A stretch of 54,418 nt of DNA from an uncultured bacterium (lineage in GTDB: Bacteria; Margulisbacteria; WOR-1; JAKLHX01; JBAZKV01), in the NCBI GenBank assembly GCA_964443545.1, contig CAYUCV010000006.1, forward strand, positions 1 through 54,418, in the 5' to 3' direction. This document shows, in pieces, positions 24,275 to 33,955 of the stretch. The notes beneath the pieces were generated by a model, which made no database searches, was not told the origin of the DNA, and saw nothing but the letters and a program-made list of their open reading frames with translations. Each line of letters opens with the position of its first letter. Within the stretch, counting starts at the first letter, position 1. Position numbers and translations under genes: made by a program.

Positions 24275-25533
24275 TCACAAGTCTTGCAGGATTGTTCAAT
24301 ATAGCAGACCTGAGAAAGAGAGTTCTCTTTACTCTGGGGATGATAGTGGTCTTTAGGCTGGGGGCGCACATCTCGGTCCCAGGAATAGACACCGTAAGGC
24401 TTCAGGCTTTATTCGGCCAGGGAAATCTTCTCGGTTTCCTGGACCTGTTCACCGGAGGGGCTCTGGTCAAGTTCTCGATCTTTGCAATGGGAATTGTCCC
24501 GTACATCAATGCTTCGATCATAATGCAGCTCCTTACGGCCGTGATACCTCAGCTCGAAGAGCTTTCCAAAGAAGGAGATTCCGGAAGAAAGCAGATAGCG
24601 CAGTATACAAGATATCTGACGATAGCGCTGGCACTTTTTCAGTCGGTAGGCATGGCTTTCTGGCTTAGGGGTGTCCTTGCTCCGGGGTACAGTTTTCCGT
24701 TCTTCCTTGTCGGCACGGTCATTTCCCTGACGGCGGGAACTGCCTTTATAATGTGGATCTCGGAACTGATCTCGGCCAACGGCATCGGCAACGGAGCGTC
24801 CCTGATAATCTTTGCAGGCATAGTGTCCAGGATCCCTTCCTACTTCGGGCAGACCTTAATGATCGTAAAGGGAGGGGCAAGCGTAATGGGAGTTGCGGTC
24901 CTTCTTATGGTCTTTCTTGTAATGATAGTTGCAATAGTGATAGTACAAGAGGCTCAGCGCAGGGTCCAGGTCCAGTACGCCAAAAAGATAGTCGGCCGAA
25001 GGGTTTACGGCGGGCAGACCACTTACATACCTTTGAGGCTCAACCAGGGAGGCGTCATTCCGATAATTTTTGCCTCTTCGGTGCTGCTTTTTCCGGCCAC
25101 TATTGCGCAATTTGTCCCCAACGACTTTATAAGAAGCCTTGTTTCGGCGGTTTCGCCCAGCGGTTCTTTCTATATGCTTTTTTATTTTCTGCTGATCTTC
25201 TTTTTCTGTTATTTCTATACCGCGATCACCTTTAATCCCAAGGAGCTCGCGGAGAATATAAAAAAGTACGGGGGCTTCATAACAGGTATAAGGCCGGGCA
25301 AGCCGACGGCGGATTTTTTTGAATATGTTATTACAAGGCTGACCCTGATGGGGGCCATATTCCTTGCGGTTATCGCTGTTATCCCCAGCATTATCGAAGG
25401 ACTAACACATATAACTACTTTTCAGGGGCTGGGAGCCACCGCGCTCCTCATAGTCGTGGGCGTGGCTCTTGACCTGGTGCGCCAGATACAGTCCCATCTT
25501 ATCAGCAGGCAGTATGAAGGGCTTCTGACTTAA
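24271..25533 (+). CDS. secY: preprotein translocase subunit SecY
   Basis: GTG start (GTGA overlap with rplO). 10-TM pattern with [15 protein letters not shown]. Confidence 0.96.
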   Translation: MITSLAGLFNIADLRKRVLFTLGMIVVFRLGAHISVPGIDTVRLQALFGQGNLLGFLDLFTGGALVKFSIFAMGIVPYINASIIMQLLTAVIPQLEELSKEGDSGRKQIAQYTRYLTIALALFQSVGMAFWLRGVLAPGYSFPFFLVGTVISLTAGTAFIMWISELISANGIGNGASLIIFAGIVSRIPSYFGQTLMIVKGGASVMGVAVLLMVFLVMIVAIVIVQEAQRRVQVQYAKKIVGRRVYGGQTTYIPLRLNQGGVIPIIFASSVLLFPATIAQFVPNDFIRSLVSAVSPSGSFYMLFYFLLIFFFCYFYTAITFNPKELAENIKKYGGFITGIRPGKPTADFFEYVITRLTLMGAIFLAVIAVIPSIIEGLTHITTFQGLGATALLIVVGVALDLVRQIQSHLISRQYEGLLT

Positions 25534-26157
25534 ATGAAAAAGAAGCTCATATTTTTAGGCCCGCCGGGATCAGGCAAGGGAACTCAGGCAAAAGAAATAG
25601 CCTTGGAGGCCGGGCTTGCGCACATCTCAATGGGCGATATTTTGAGACAGGCAATAAAGGACGGCACGCCTTCGGGAATCAAGGCTCAAGGTCATCTCAA
25701 AGCAGGCACGCTTGTGCCTGACGACCTTGTAAACGAAATAGCCAGGGATGCGCTTGTCAAGGCAAAAGGCGGGTTTATCCTTGACGGGTATCCCAGGACC
25801 GTGTACCAGGCAAAATTTCTTGAAGGCATAACGGACATAAACAAGGCTGTTTATATCGATGTCCCAAAAGAGGAGATAGTAAAGAGGCTGTCAGGCAGAC
25901 TGTCCTGCAGGAACTGCGGAAGGGTTTATCATGTGTCCGCCAATCCTCCAAAGGAGGAAGGCAAATGTGATTTCTGCTCGTCGCAGCTCTATATAAGGAA
26001 CGATGACAAAGAAGAGACTATCCTGAAAAGGCTTGAGGTGTTCGAAAAGGAAACGGCCCCTCTCAAATCACATTATGAGGTAAAAGGGATCCTTGCAAAG
26101 GTTAACGGCTCTGGGGCTCCTTCCGAGATCCAGGCCAGGATCCTTTCGGCGGTATGA
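25534..26157 (+). CDS. adk: adenylate kinase (Cys4 zinc lid)
   Basis: P-loop GPPGSGKGTQ. Lid CRNCGRVYH...CDFCSS. Confidence 0.96.
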   Translation: MKKKLIFLGPPGSGKGTQAKEIALEAGLAHISMGDILRQAIKDGTPSGIKAQGHLKAGTLVPDDLVNEIARDALVKAKGGFILDGYPRTVYQAKFLEGITDINKAVYIDVPKEEIVKRLSGRLSCRNCGRVYHVSANPPKEEGKCDFCSSQLYIRNDDKEETILKRLEVFEKETAPLKSHYEVKGILAKVNGSGAPSEIQARILSAV

Positions 26158-26900
26158 TAATAAAGAAGAATGAGGAAGAGATAGAGAACATTAAAAAAGC
26201 CTGCCGGATAGCGGCAAGCGTCCTGTTAAAAGCGGGAAAAGAGGTAAGGCCCGGAATGAAGACAAGAGAACTGGATACTTTTATAGAGAACGAGCTCGTA
26301 AATAGCGGCGCAAAACCCGCTTTTAAGGGCTACAGGGGCTACCGCCATGCGAGTTGCCTTTCGGTGAATAATGAGGTGGTTCACGGCATCCCGGGCGACA
26401 GAGAGCTGTGCGAAGGAGATATCGTAGGCATTGATGTCGGAGCCATCTATAACGGCTGCTATGGAGATACGGCAAAGACCTTTCCGGTCGGTAAGGTGGG
26501 CAAAAGCGCAAAAAACCTGATCCGCACCGCGCAGGAATGCCTTGAAAAAGGCATCGAAGCAGTAAAAAACGGCAAAAGAATAGGCGACATTTCTAATGCC
26601 ATTGAGTCGCACGCTTCAAGAAAGGGCTACAGCGTTGTCAGGGACCTGTTCGGCCACGGGGTCGGCAGGCAGCTGCACGAGGACCCTCTTATCCCCAATT
26701 TTGGCAAACCGGGTCAGGGCCCCAAGATAGAGCCGGGCATGACCTTTGCGATCGAGCCGATGCTGAACACAGGGCAGAGTTCGATAGTGACCCTGGACGA
26801 CGGCTGGACCGTGGTCACTTCCGACGGAGGATTGTCGGCGCATTTTGAACACACGGTGCTGGTGAGCAGCGACAGCGTCGAAGTCCTGACAAGGATCTGA
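26154..26900 (+). CDS. map: type I methionine aminopeptidase
   Basis: ATGA overlap with adk. [21 protein letters not shown] and FAIEP metal-site motifs. Confidence 0.95.
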   Translation: MIIKKNEEEIENIKKACRIAASVLLKAGKEVRPGMKTRELDTFIENELVNSGAKPAFKGYRGYRHASCLSVNNEVVHGIPGDRELCEGDIVGIDVGAIYNGCYGDTAKTFPVGKVGKSAKNLIRTAQECLEKGIEAVKNGKRIGDISNAIESHASRKGYSVVRDLFGHGVGRQLHEDPLIPNFGKPGQGPKIEPGMTFAIEPMLNTGQSSIVTLDDGWTVVTSDGGLSAHFEHTVLVSSDSVEVLTRI

Positions 26901-26901
26901 A

Positions 26902-27123
26902 ATGGTAAAAGACAAAGATGTCATAGAGTTTGAAGGGGAAGTGCTCGAAGCTCTTCCAAGCGCTCTGTTCAAGGTAAAACTCGAGACGGGGCAGGTGATG
27001 CTGGCGCATGTGTCCGGCAAGATAAGGAAGCATTTTATCAGGATCCTTCCCGGGGACAAGGTCAAGGTGGAACTTTCCCCCTATGACCTTACCAGAGGAA
27101 GAATTACCTACAGGGGGAAATAA
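26902..27123 (+). CDS. infA: translation initiation factor IF-1
   Basis: [43 protein letters not shown]. Confidence 0.96.
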   Translation: MVKDKDVIEFEGEVLEALPSALFKVKLETGQVMLAHVSGKIRKHFIRILPGDKVKVELSPYDLTRGRITYRGK

Positions 27124-27124
27124 T

Positions 27125-27238
27125 ATGAAAGTTAGATCGTCGGTAAAAAAGATCTGTGTGGACTGCAAAATGGTCAAAAGACATGGCAAACTTTATGTTA
27201 TCTGCAAAAATCCAAAGCATAAGCAGAGACAGGGCTGA
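27125..27238 (+). CDS. rpmJ: 50S ribosomal protein L36 (zinc form)
   Basis: Hand translation gives [37 protein letters not shown]. It is below the ORF-track cutoff. Confidence 0.93.
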   Translation: MKVRSSVKKICVDCKMVKRHGKLYVICKNPKHKQRQG

Positions 27239-27258
27239 AGGATAAAAAGGAGAATAAA

Positions 27259-27648
27259 ATGGCGCGAATTTCCGGGGTTGATCTTCCTAAAAATAAAAGG
27301 GCCGAGATAGGCCTTACCTATATTTACGGGATAGGACAGACGGTAAGCCGCAAGATACTCAAAGAGGCCTCGGTCCCCGTGGAAACCAAGGTAAAGGACC
27401 TGACGGAGGAAGAGATAGTCAGGATAAGGGACATCATAAAGAATTACAAGGTGGAAGGCGACCTGCGCAAGGATGTGTCCCTAAATGTCAAACGCCTGAT
27501 GGACATAGGCACCTACAGGGGCGTAAGGCACAGGAGAGGGCTTCCGGTCAGAGGCCAGAGGACCAAGACGAATGCAAGGACCAAGAGAGGCAAGAGAAAG
27601 ACGGTCGGGGTCGGCAAGAGAAAAGAAGAAAATAAAAAGTCGGAATAA
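27259..27648 (+). CDS. rpsM: 30S ribosomal protein S13
   Basis: [14 protein letters not shown]...[23 protein letters not shown]. Confidence 0.96.
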   Translation: MARISGVDLPKNKRAEIGLTYIYGIGQTVSRKILKEASVPVETKVKDLTEEEIVRIRDIIKNYKVEGDLRKDVSLNVKRLMDIGTYRGVRHRRGLPVRGQRTKTNARTKRGKRKTVGVGKRKEENKKSE

Positions 27649-27663
27649 AGGGAGGTCTAATTA

Positions 27664-28059
27664 ATGGCTGAAGAAAAAGAAGTAGTTAAGAAGAAGAAAA
27701 AGGACAAAAGAGCCCCTCTGCAGGGAACTGCCTACATTAAGGCTACTTTTAACAACACGATAATATCCATCACGGATTCAAAAGGAGCCGTGGTAGCCTG
27801 GGCCTCCTCGGGCAACGCCGGCTTTAAGGGCACCAAAAAGGGGACCCCTTTTGCGGCCCAGTCGGCAGCGGAGATAGCCGCCAGAAAAGCGCTTGAACTG
27901 GGAATGAAAGAGGTAAGTGTTTTTGTCAAAGGCCCCGGGTCCGGAAGAGAGACTGCCATCAGGGCTCTTCAAGCGGCCGGACTTGATATCAACTGCATAA
28001 AAGATGTGACGCCGATCCCTCACAACGGGTGCAGGCCCAGAAAGAGAAGGAGAGTTTAA
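27664..28059 (+). CDS. rpsK: 30S ribosomal protein S11
   Basis: [16 protein letters not shown]...[16 protein letters not shown]. Confidence 0.96.
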   Translation: MAEEKEVVKKKKKDKRAPLQGTAYIKATFNNTIISITDSKGAVVAWASSGNAGFKGTKKGTPFAAQSAAEIAARKALELGMKEVSVFVKGPGSGRETAIRALQAAGLDINCIKDVTPIPHNGCRPRKRRRV

Positions 28060-28680
28060 ATGGGAAGACACACGGGACCAAGATGCAAACTGTGCAGGAG
28101 CGAAGGGGCAAAACTCTTCCTTAAGGGGGACAGATGCTTCGGTGCCAAATGCGCATTTGCAAAAAGGGGATACAGGCCCGGACAGCACGGACAGGCGCAG
28201 AAAAGGATGTCCGAGTTCTCTCTCAGATTGCGTGAAAAACAGAAAGCAAAGAGGATCTTCGGATTGTCGGAGGTCCAGTTCAGGAATTACTTTGAGCTTG
28301 CCTCAAAAAGTAAGACATCGACCGGCGAAAAACTTTTGGAACTGGTGGAAAGGCGTCTTGACAATGTTGTTTTCAGGCTGGCAATGGCTTCTTCCAGAGA
28401 GGAGGCCAGGCAGCTGGTCCGCAACGGCCATATAACGGTTAACGGCAAAAAGGTGAACATTCCGTCCTTTTGCGTCAAGGTTAACGATGTGATAGGCGTA
28501 AAGGAACTTTCGGCGGGCAAAATGAAGGTAAGACTGGAAAAACTTTCGGAGCGCCAGGCCCCCTCTTGGCTTTCGTACGACAGCGAAAAAATGCAGGGTC
28601 AGGTGATGTCCTATCCAAGGAGAGAAGAGATGGACACACTGATATCCGAGAACCTGATAGTCGAGTTCTATTCTAGATAG
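28060..28680 (+). CDS. rpsD: 30S ribosomal protein S4 (Cys4 N-terminal zinc finger form)
   Basis: GPRCKLCRSEG...DRCFGAKC, followed by an S4 RNA-binding domain. Confidence 0.96.
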   Translation: MGRHTGPRCKLCRSEGAKLFLKGDRCFGAKCAFAKRGYRPGQHGQAQKRMSEFSLRLREKQKAKRIFGLSEVQFRNYFELASKSKTSTGEKLLELVERRLDNVVFRLAMASSREEARQLVRNGHITVNGKKVNIPSFCVKVNDVIGVKELSAGKMKVRLEKLSERQAPSWLSYDSEKMQGQVMSYPRREEMDTLISENLIVEFYSR

Positions 28681-28694
28681 GAGGAGAAAAACAG

Positions 28695-29654
28695 ATGGTG
28701 ATTTTAGGAGAAAAGCCCTGGGTCAAGTACGAGCCTCATGACGATTTTTACGGAAGGTTCATTGCAGAGCCTCTTGAAAGGGGATACGGCTCGACGCTGG
28801 GCAATACCCTGAGGAGAGTGCTTCTGTCGTCCCTTGTTGGAGCGGCTGTTACCTCCATAAGGATAGAGAATGTAGCCCACGAGTTTTCCACTATCCCGAA
28901 CGTAGTGGAAGATGTGCTGCAGCTCATCTTAAATATAAAGCAGATCGTGATCAGGTCCCACTCCGATGTGCCTAAAATAATAAAGCTGGAAGCGCACGGC
29001 AAAGGGCTTGTTACCGCCAAGGACATAAAGCATGATGCGGAGATCGAAATAGTGAACCCGGACCAGCCGATCGCTACCCTTGAAGCCGGCGGCAAGCTCA
29101 ATATCGAGATGGTGGTGGAAAAAGGAAAGGGATTTGTGGTAGGGGAGAGGAACAAGAAAGCCAATCAGCCTCTGGGCACTATCCCGGTTGATTCTATCTT
29201 TACTCCCGTCAGAAAAGTGAACCTTACCATAGAAGAGGTCAGAGTAGGGCAGGAGATCAATTATGACAGGCTGGTGCTTGATGTGTGGACAAACGGCTCT
29301 ATAAAGCCGGACGATGCGGTAAAAGCCAGCGCCAAGATACTCGAGCGCCATATCGACATGTTCATAAACATGGGAGAGAGGGCGGATGAACTTCAGATAG
29401 AGATAAAAGGCTCCGACGATCTGGACAACGCTGTTCTTGAGAAGAGCGTGGACGAATTAGAGCTTTCCGCAAGGTCGTTGAACTGCCTTAAGAAGTCGGA
29501 CATCAACAAGATAAGGGACCTGGTGCAGCTTACCGAGGACGATCTGGACAAGATAAAGAACCTCGGTTCCAAATCGAGTGATGAGATAAAAGAAAGCCTT
29601 TTTTCCAGGTACAATTTGAGCCTCAAGGGCGCGCAAAAAGGGGAAGACAAGTAA
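28695..29654 (+). CDS. rpoA: DNA-directed RNA polymerase subunit alpha
   Basis: PLERGYGSTLGNTLRRVLLSSL. C-terminal domain LELSARSLNCLKK. Confidence 0.97.
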   Translation: MVILGEKPWVKYEPHDDFYGRFIAEPLERGYGSTLGNTLRRVLLSSLVGAAVTSIRIENVAHEFSTIPNVVEDVLQLILNIKQIVIRSHSDVPKIIKLEAHGKGLVTAKDIKHDAEIEIVNPDQPIATLEAGGKLNIEMVVEKGKGFVVGERNKKANQPLGTIPVDSIFTPVRKVNLTIEEVRVGQEINYDRLVLDVWTNGSIKPDDAVKASAKILERHIDMFINMGERADELQIEIKGSDDLDNAVLEKSVDELELSARSLNCLKKSDINKIRDLVQLTEDDLDKIKNLGSKSSDEIKESLFSRYNLSLKGAQKGEDK

Positions 29655-29655
29655 T

Positions 29656-30009
29656 ATGAGGCACAAAAAAGCGTACAGAAAGCTGAGCAAGCCCACTGAC
29701 CAGAGGCTGGCCATGCTAAAAAGCATAACCTTAGGCCTTTTGAAGAACGGAAAGGTATCAACTTCAAAGGCAAGAGCGCTTGAAGTGAGATTCTTTGCAG
29801 AAAAACTGGTTGCCCTTTCCAAAAAAGGCGACCTCTTTTCAAAAAGGAAAGCGCTCTCGATGATCCGCGACAAAGCCATTATCAAAGAGCTTTTTGCGAC
29901 GGGCCCGGAGCGGTTCAAGGACAATAAGGGCGGAGTGACGAGGATAACAAAAACGGGTTCGCGCAGAGGGGACAATGCAAAAATGGTCCTGCTGGAGTTG
30001 GTAAACTGA
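29656..30009 (+). CDS. rplQ: 50S ribosomal protein L17
   Basis: MRHKKAYRKLSKPTDQRLAMLKS. Confidence 0.96.
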   Translation: MRHKKAYRKLSKPTDQRLAMLKSITLGLLKNGKVSTSKARALEVRFFAEKLVALSKKGDLFSKRKALSMIRDKAIIKELFATGPERFKDNKGGVTRITKTGSRRGDNAKMVLLELVN

Positions 30010-30034
30010 AAAAGGCAAGCGGAAGGATGGAACA

Positions 30035-30472
30035 ATGAAAAGGAACAAAACATATTCGGCAAAAACAGGAGAAGTGATCAGGAACTGGTTCATAGTTGAC
30101 GCCAAAGACAAGGTCCTGGGGCGGCTTGCCAGCAAAGTGGCCAATGTTATAAGGGGCAAAGAAAAGGCGCAATACACGCCACATATAGACACGGGGGATT
30201 TTGTTGTGGTGATCAATGCCTCGGAGATAAAGGTCACAGGCAAAAAAATGGAGCAGAAGATCTATTTCAGGCATTCCGGTTATCCGGGAGGCCACAAGAT
30301 GACCCCGTTAAAGGACCAGCTTTCCAGATTCCCGGAAAGGGTCATTACCTCGGCGGTGAGAGGTATGCTTCCTAAAGGTCGTCTGGGCGACAGGCTGATA
30401 ACAAAATTGAAGGTTTACAAGGGTTCTGAATATAAACAGACCGCACAAAAGCCTCAGCAACTAGAGGTTTAA
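30035..30472 (+). CDS. rplM: 50S ribosomal protein L13
   Basis: WFIVDAKDKVLGRLASKVANVIRGK...HSGYPGG. Confidence 0.96.
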   Translation: MKRNKTYSAKTGEVIRNWFIVDAKDKVLGRLASKVANVIRGKEKAQYTPHIDTGDFVVVINASEIKVTGKKMEQKIYFRHSGYPGGHKMTPLKDQLSRFPERVITSAVRGMLPKGRLGDRLITKLKVYKGSEYKQTAQKPQQLEV

Positions 30473-30484
30473 AAGGAGTAAAAA

Positions 30485-31009
30485 ATGACCGAAAGCCAGG
30501 AGACAAAGAAGACCGCAAAAAAGCCGGCAAGGAAAAAAACGGCCGCGGCAGCGGGAGAGGCTGGAGCGCCTGAAAAGGCCACGCATGTAAAAAAAGAGAG
30601 CCGAAAGGAAGCGCACAGAAAACCTCTTGCGGTTGCTGTTGGCAGAAGAAAGACCGCGGTTGCAAGGGTATTTCTTTACCAGGGCAGCGGCGGCATAGTT
30701 GTCAACAAAAGGGACTACAAGCAGTATGTTTCTAACCGCCAGCTTTTGATCTCTTCTATCCTGGAGCCGCTTGTTATCGTCAACCAGTTATCCTCTTATA
30801 ATGCCGAGATCCTGTGCAGGGGAGGCGGTGTTGCTTCGCAGGCAGATGCGATCAAGCTGGGGATAGCAAGAGCTCTCTGCCGGATAGACGCGGCGCTAAA
30901 ACCGCAGCTGTCAAAAGCAGGCTGCCTGGCAAGGGACCCCAGAGCCAAGGAAAGAAAGAAATACGGCCGCAAACGCGCCAGGAAACGCTTCCAGTACACC
31001 AAGAGATAA
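30485..31009 (+). CDS. rpsI: 30S ribosomal protein S9 with ~45-aa Lys/Ala-rich N-terminal extension
   Basis: The core starts at GRRKTAVARVFL and ends KKYGRKRARKRFQYTKR. The preceding 45-50 residues are K/A/E-rich. Confidence 0.94.
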   Translation: MTESQETKKTAKKPARKKTAAAAGEAGAPEKATHVKKESRKEAHRKPLAVAVGRRKTAVARVFLYQGSGGIVVNKRDYKQYVSNRQLLISSILEPLVIVNQLSSYNAEILCRGGGVASQADAIKLGIARALCRIDAALKPQLSKAGCLARDPRAKERKKYGRKRARKRFQYTKR

Positions 31010-31012
31010 AAA

Positions 31013-31045
31013 AAGAGCCGGCGAAAGCCGGCTCTTAGATTTTTT
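31013..31045 (+). terminator. Rho-independent terminator closing the ribosomal super-array
   Basis: 10-bp perfect stem AAGAGCCGGC / GCCGGCTCTT with a GAAA tetraloop, then AGATTTTTT. Confidence 0.85.
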
Positions 31046-31119
31046 GGACCTTCCTATTATATGAAATCCTCGCAAAATCGGTTCGATAAGAACTTGTATG
31101 GATATTATACCAGGAGGTA

Positions 31120-32694
31120 ATGATAATGGCGGTTAACTTTTATGCGGCAGCCGGCGCAGGCGCAAGACACATGGGCGGATCGGCTTCTATTGTAAGATTG
31201 GCCGGGGCCAACTGGGCGAGATTTGCTCCTTCAGAGCAGCTAAACCACAGGAGCGGAGTACCTGCAAATATTCTGATACCTGATCCGGTAGATACCAGGG
31301 CGCTTGCCCTGCTTGCCAAAGCCGGAGCAGCTTTTACGGTGCTCTGTCCGGACTCCGAGCCCTTAACAGACCCTGTCGCGCAGTTGCAGGCGGTGGCAAA
31401 AGCAGATCCCGGGATATCCGTGGTCATGCCCTTTGTAAAATACCAGTTCAAAGAGCCTGTTCTTGGTATGATGCCTGCTCTTCAGGCGGTGTGCCACTGG
31501 TCAACAGGATACGATAACTCTGACGGCGCCTATATAAAGAACAAAGGCCTGGCGTATACTTATGCTCCCGGCCCGCTCACAAATGCCATGGCCGAGCTGA
31601 CCACAGGCCTTATCCTTGACTCGCATTTTAGGATAACAGATTCTATTGCACAGGAAAGGGAGACTGGCATACCTCTTGAATACATTGCAAGTTACCCGAC
31701 GGACATATCTTCACAGCAAACGTTCGCTCAATTCCTGTTCGGACTTTTCTTGAGCAGAGTGTTGAGACTTCAAGACATGTACGATTTTGTGCGCGGCGGC
31801 AGGTTTGTAGGCTGCGGAGTGGGCAGTGAAAGAACCATCTTCCATGATCAGCTTGCCATGGACAAGGAGGCGGGCATAGAAAGAACAGTAGGTGTGCTTG
31901 TACCTGAAGAAACAAGAGGGATATCTTCCATGTTCACGGGCATTCTTGCGCCAATAGATGCTAACCCTTTTGGCCTTAAGGATCTGGAAGTTTCTCCCAA
32001 TATCGGGGAGCATGACTACATAATAAGGCTTCCTTTTGCAAGGCGCATCAATAACGCGCAGAATGTTTTGGACCCTAACACCGTCACTATAAGGCATGGG
32101 TTTGAACAAAATGTCTTTTCCGGTCCCTCCCTTACAGCACTGACCCTATCACTCGTCGGATTCGGAAGGATCGGCTCGGCAGTGGCTGTCAGAGCCCAGG
32201 CTCTTGGCATGAACATCGTTGCTTATGACCCTTACCTTCCGCAGGAAGCCAGGGCAGGATATGCCGGGGTAAGATTTGTTGATGACAAAGAAAGCCTTCT
32301 TAGGTGGGCGGATTTTCTGGTAATGATACCAAAGCTGACTGACGAGACAAGAGGTTGGCTGGGGGAAAGGGAACTGGCAATGCTTAAGCCAAACGCGGCT
32401 ATCATCAACACTTCCAGGGGGCCTGTAGTTGACGAGGGAGCTGTTATGGCACATCTTAATTCAAGGCCTTTGGCAAGATATATGGCGGATGTCCTTGTTG
32501 ATGAGGCAAACGATACGGACAAAGGGCTTGCGCGACTTCCAAACGCAAGGATAACAGGGCATACCGGCAGCGCGGCCGGAAGCAGGGACGGAATAGAAGG
32601 CCCGGCGGTAAGGCTTAGAATGCAGACCCTGGCTATCGAGCAGAACATTCTTCCGATAGTAAGAGGAGAACAACCAACCCACCCGATACAGTAG
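31120..32694 (+). CDS. atypical D-isomer-specific 2-hydroxyacid dehydrogenase family protein (enlarged, 524 aa)
   Basis: NAD-binding GFGRIGSAVA, NTSRGPVVDE, ADVLVDE and ITGHTGS match the GxGxxG, Arg, Glu and His positions of the family. The N-terminal substrate-domain segment is recognisable (STGYDNSD...NAMAELT). A large extra segment lies between the two. The alternative start is ATG 31126, after AGGAGG. Confidence 0.7.
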   Translation: MIMAVNFYAAAGAGARHMGGSASIVRLAGANWARFAPSEQLNHRSGVPANILIPDPVDTRALALLAKAGAAFTVLCPDSEPLTDPVAQLQAVAKADPGISVVMPFVKYQFKEPVLGMMPALQAVCHWSTGYDNSDGAYIKNKGLAYTYAPGPLTNAMAELTTGLILDSHFRITDSIAQERETGIPLEYIASYPTDISSQQTFAQFLFGLFLSRVLRLQDMYDFVRGGRFVGCGVGSERTIFHDQLAMDKEAGIERTVGVLVPEETRGISSMFTGILAPIDANPFGLKDLEVSPNIGEHDYIIRLPFARRINNAQNVLDPNTVTIRHGFEQNVFSGPSLTALTLSLVGFGRIGSAVAVRAQALGMNIVAYDPYLPQEARAGYAGVRFVDDKESLLRWADFLVMIPKLTDETRGWLGERELAMLKPNAAIINTSRGPVVDEGAVMAHLNSRPLARYMADVLVDEANDTDKGLARLPNARITGHTGSAAGSRDGIEGPAVRLRMQTLAIEQNILPIVRGEQPTHPIQ

Positions 32695-32716
32695 ACATTT
32701 TTGACCCGACTTCTAT

Positions 32717-32750
32717 AAGCCCCCCCGCTAAAGCGGGGGGCTTATTTTAT
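32717..32750 (+). terminator. Rho-independent terminator
   Basis: GC-rich stem AAGCCCCCCCGC / GCGGGGGGCTT (one bulged C), loop TAAA, then ATTTTATTT. Confidence 0.8.
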
Positions 32751-32780
32751 TTGCCCCCCAAAACTGGTACAATATATAAT
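32751..32780 (+). promoter_or_regulatory. putative sigma70 promoter (TTGCCC-18 nt-TATAAT) for the ser operon
   Basis: TTGCCC at 32751-32756 and TATAAT at 32775-32780. AAGGAG lies upstream of ATG 32810. Confidence 0.4.
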
Positions 32781-32809
32781 ACAAAACCAAACCAAAAAGG
32801 AGAAAACAA

Positions 32810-33955
32810 ATGGCGTTTAAAGAGTACCTTTTGATCCCCGGTCCGACCCCGGTCCCCAACAGAGTACTGACCGCGATGGGAAAACAGATGATAAACCACA
32901 GGGGGCCTTCGTTTTCTTCAATAATCAAAGAAATAGTCGAAGGTGTCAAATGGGCTTATCAGACCAAAAATGATGTAATCACGCTTACAACATCCGGCAC
33001 GGGAGGAATGGAAAGCGCTATCGTCAATTTCTTGTCGCCCGGCGATAAGGTCCTATCTCTAAATATAGGTGCGTTCGGCAACAGATTTGCCAAGATAGCC
33101 AAGGCTTACGGAGCGGATGTGGATGAGGTCAAATTCGAAAGAGGCAAGGCCGTTGACCTTAAGACGGTAGAGGAAAAGCTGGCGCAGGACAAGGACAAAA
33201 AGATCAAGGCTGTGCTTGTTCAGCAGAACGAGACCTCGACCGGAGTTCTTAACGACATAGAGTCGATTGCAAAGGCCGCAAAAAAACACGGGGCTCTTAT
33301 CATTGTTGACGCGGTGTCGGGGCTGCTGACGGCCCCTCTAAAAACGGACGAATGGGAGTTGGACGTGGTCGTGTCCGGTTCGCAGAAAGCGTTCATGGTG
33401 CCGCCGGGTCTTGCATTTGTGGCTGTCAGCAAAAAGGCCTGGGCCGCCCACGAGAACGCAAAGATGCCGAGGTTCTATTTTGACTTTAAGGCTGCCATGA
33501 AATTCGCGGAAATAGGCGAGACCCCGTGGACTCCGGCTGTATCGGTTATCTACGGAATGCAGGAAGCTATAAGGATGCTTAAAGAGGAAGGGCTTGAAAA
33601 TATATTTGCCCGGCACGACAAGATGTCAAAAGCGGTGCGTGCAGGCGTAAAAGCCCTTGGTTTAAAACTCCTTGCGGGTGACAGCATTGCTTCTAAAGCC
33701 GTGACCGCCGTGTTCCCTCCGGAGGGAATGGATGCAGATGCACTGCGCAAAAAGATCAGGGAAAAGTACGGGGTTGTCCTGGCAGGCGGGCAGGAGGACC
33801 TAAAAGGGAAGGTCTTTAGGATAGGTCATCTGGGCTATATTGACAAGATGGAACTCCTTGCTGCTATGGCGGCTCTTGAGATAGAGCTTGTTGAGCTCGG
33901 CTCAAAAATAAAACAGGGCGCGGGAGTCGCAGCCATGGAGGAGATACTAAAATGA
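32810..33955 (+). CDS. class-V (AGXT-type) aminotransferase, probable phosphoserine aminotransferase equivalent
   Basis: LLIPGPTPVPNRVL...SGSQKAFMVPPGL (PLP lysine context). ATGA-coupled to serA. Confidence 0.8.
   Translation: MAFKEYLLIPGPTPVPNRVLTAMGKQMINHRGPSFSSIIKEIVEGVKWAYQTKNDVITLTTSGTGGMESAIVNFLSPGDKVLSLNIGAFGNRFAKIAKAYGADVDEVKFERGKAVDLKTVEEKLAQDKDKKIKAVLVQQNETSTGVLNDIESIAKAAKKHGALIIVDAVSGLLTAPLKTDEWELDVVVSGSQKAFMVPPGLAFVAVSKKAWAAHENAKMPRFYFDFKAAMKFAEIGETPWTPAVSVIYGMQEAIRMLKEEGLENIFARHDKMSKAVRAGVKALGLKLLAGDSIASKAVTAVFPPEGMDADALRKKIREKYGVVLAGGQEDLKGKVFRIGHLGYIDKMELLAAMAALEIELVELGSKIKQGAGVAAMEEILK

Noticed and set aside
24753-25235. 160-aa alternate-frame ORF inside secY
   Set aside because: It is embedded in a conserved membrane protein gene. 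The product is Arg/Ser/Cys-rich with no motifs.
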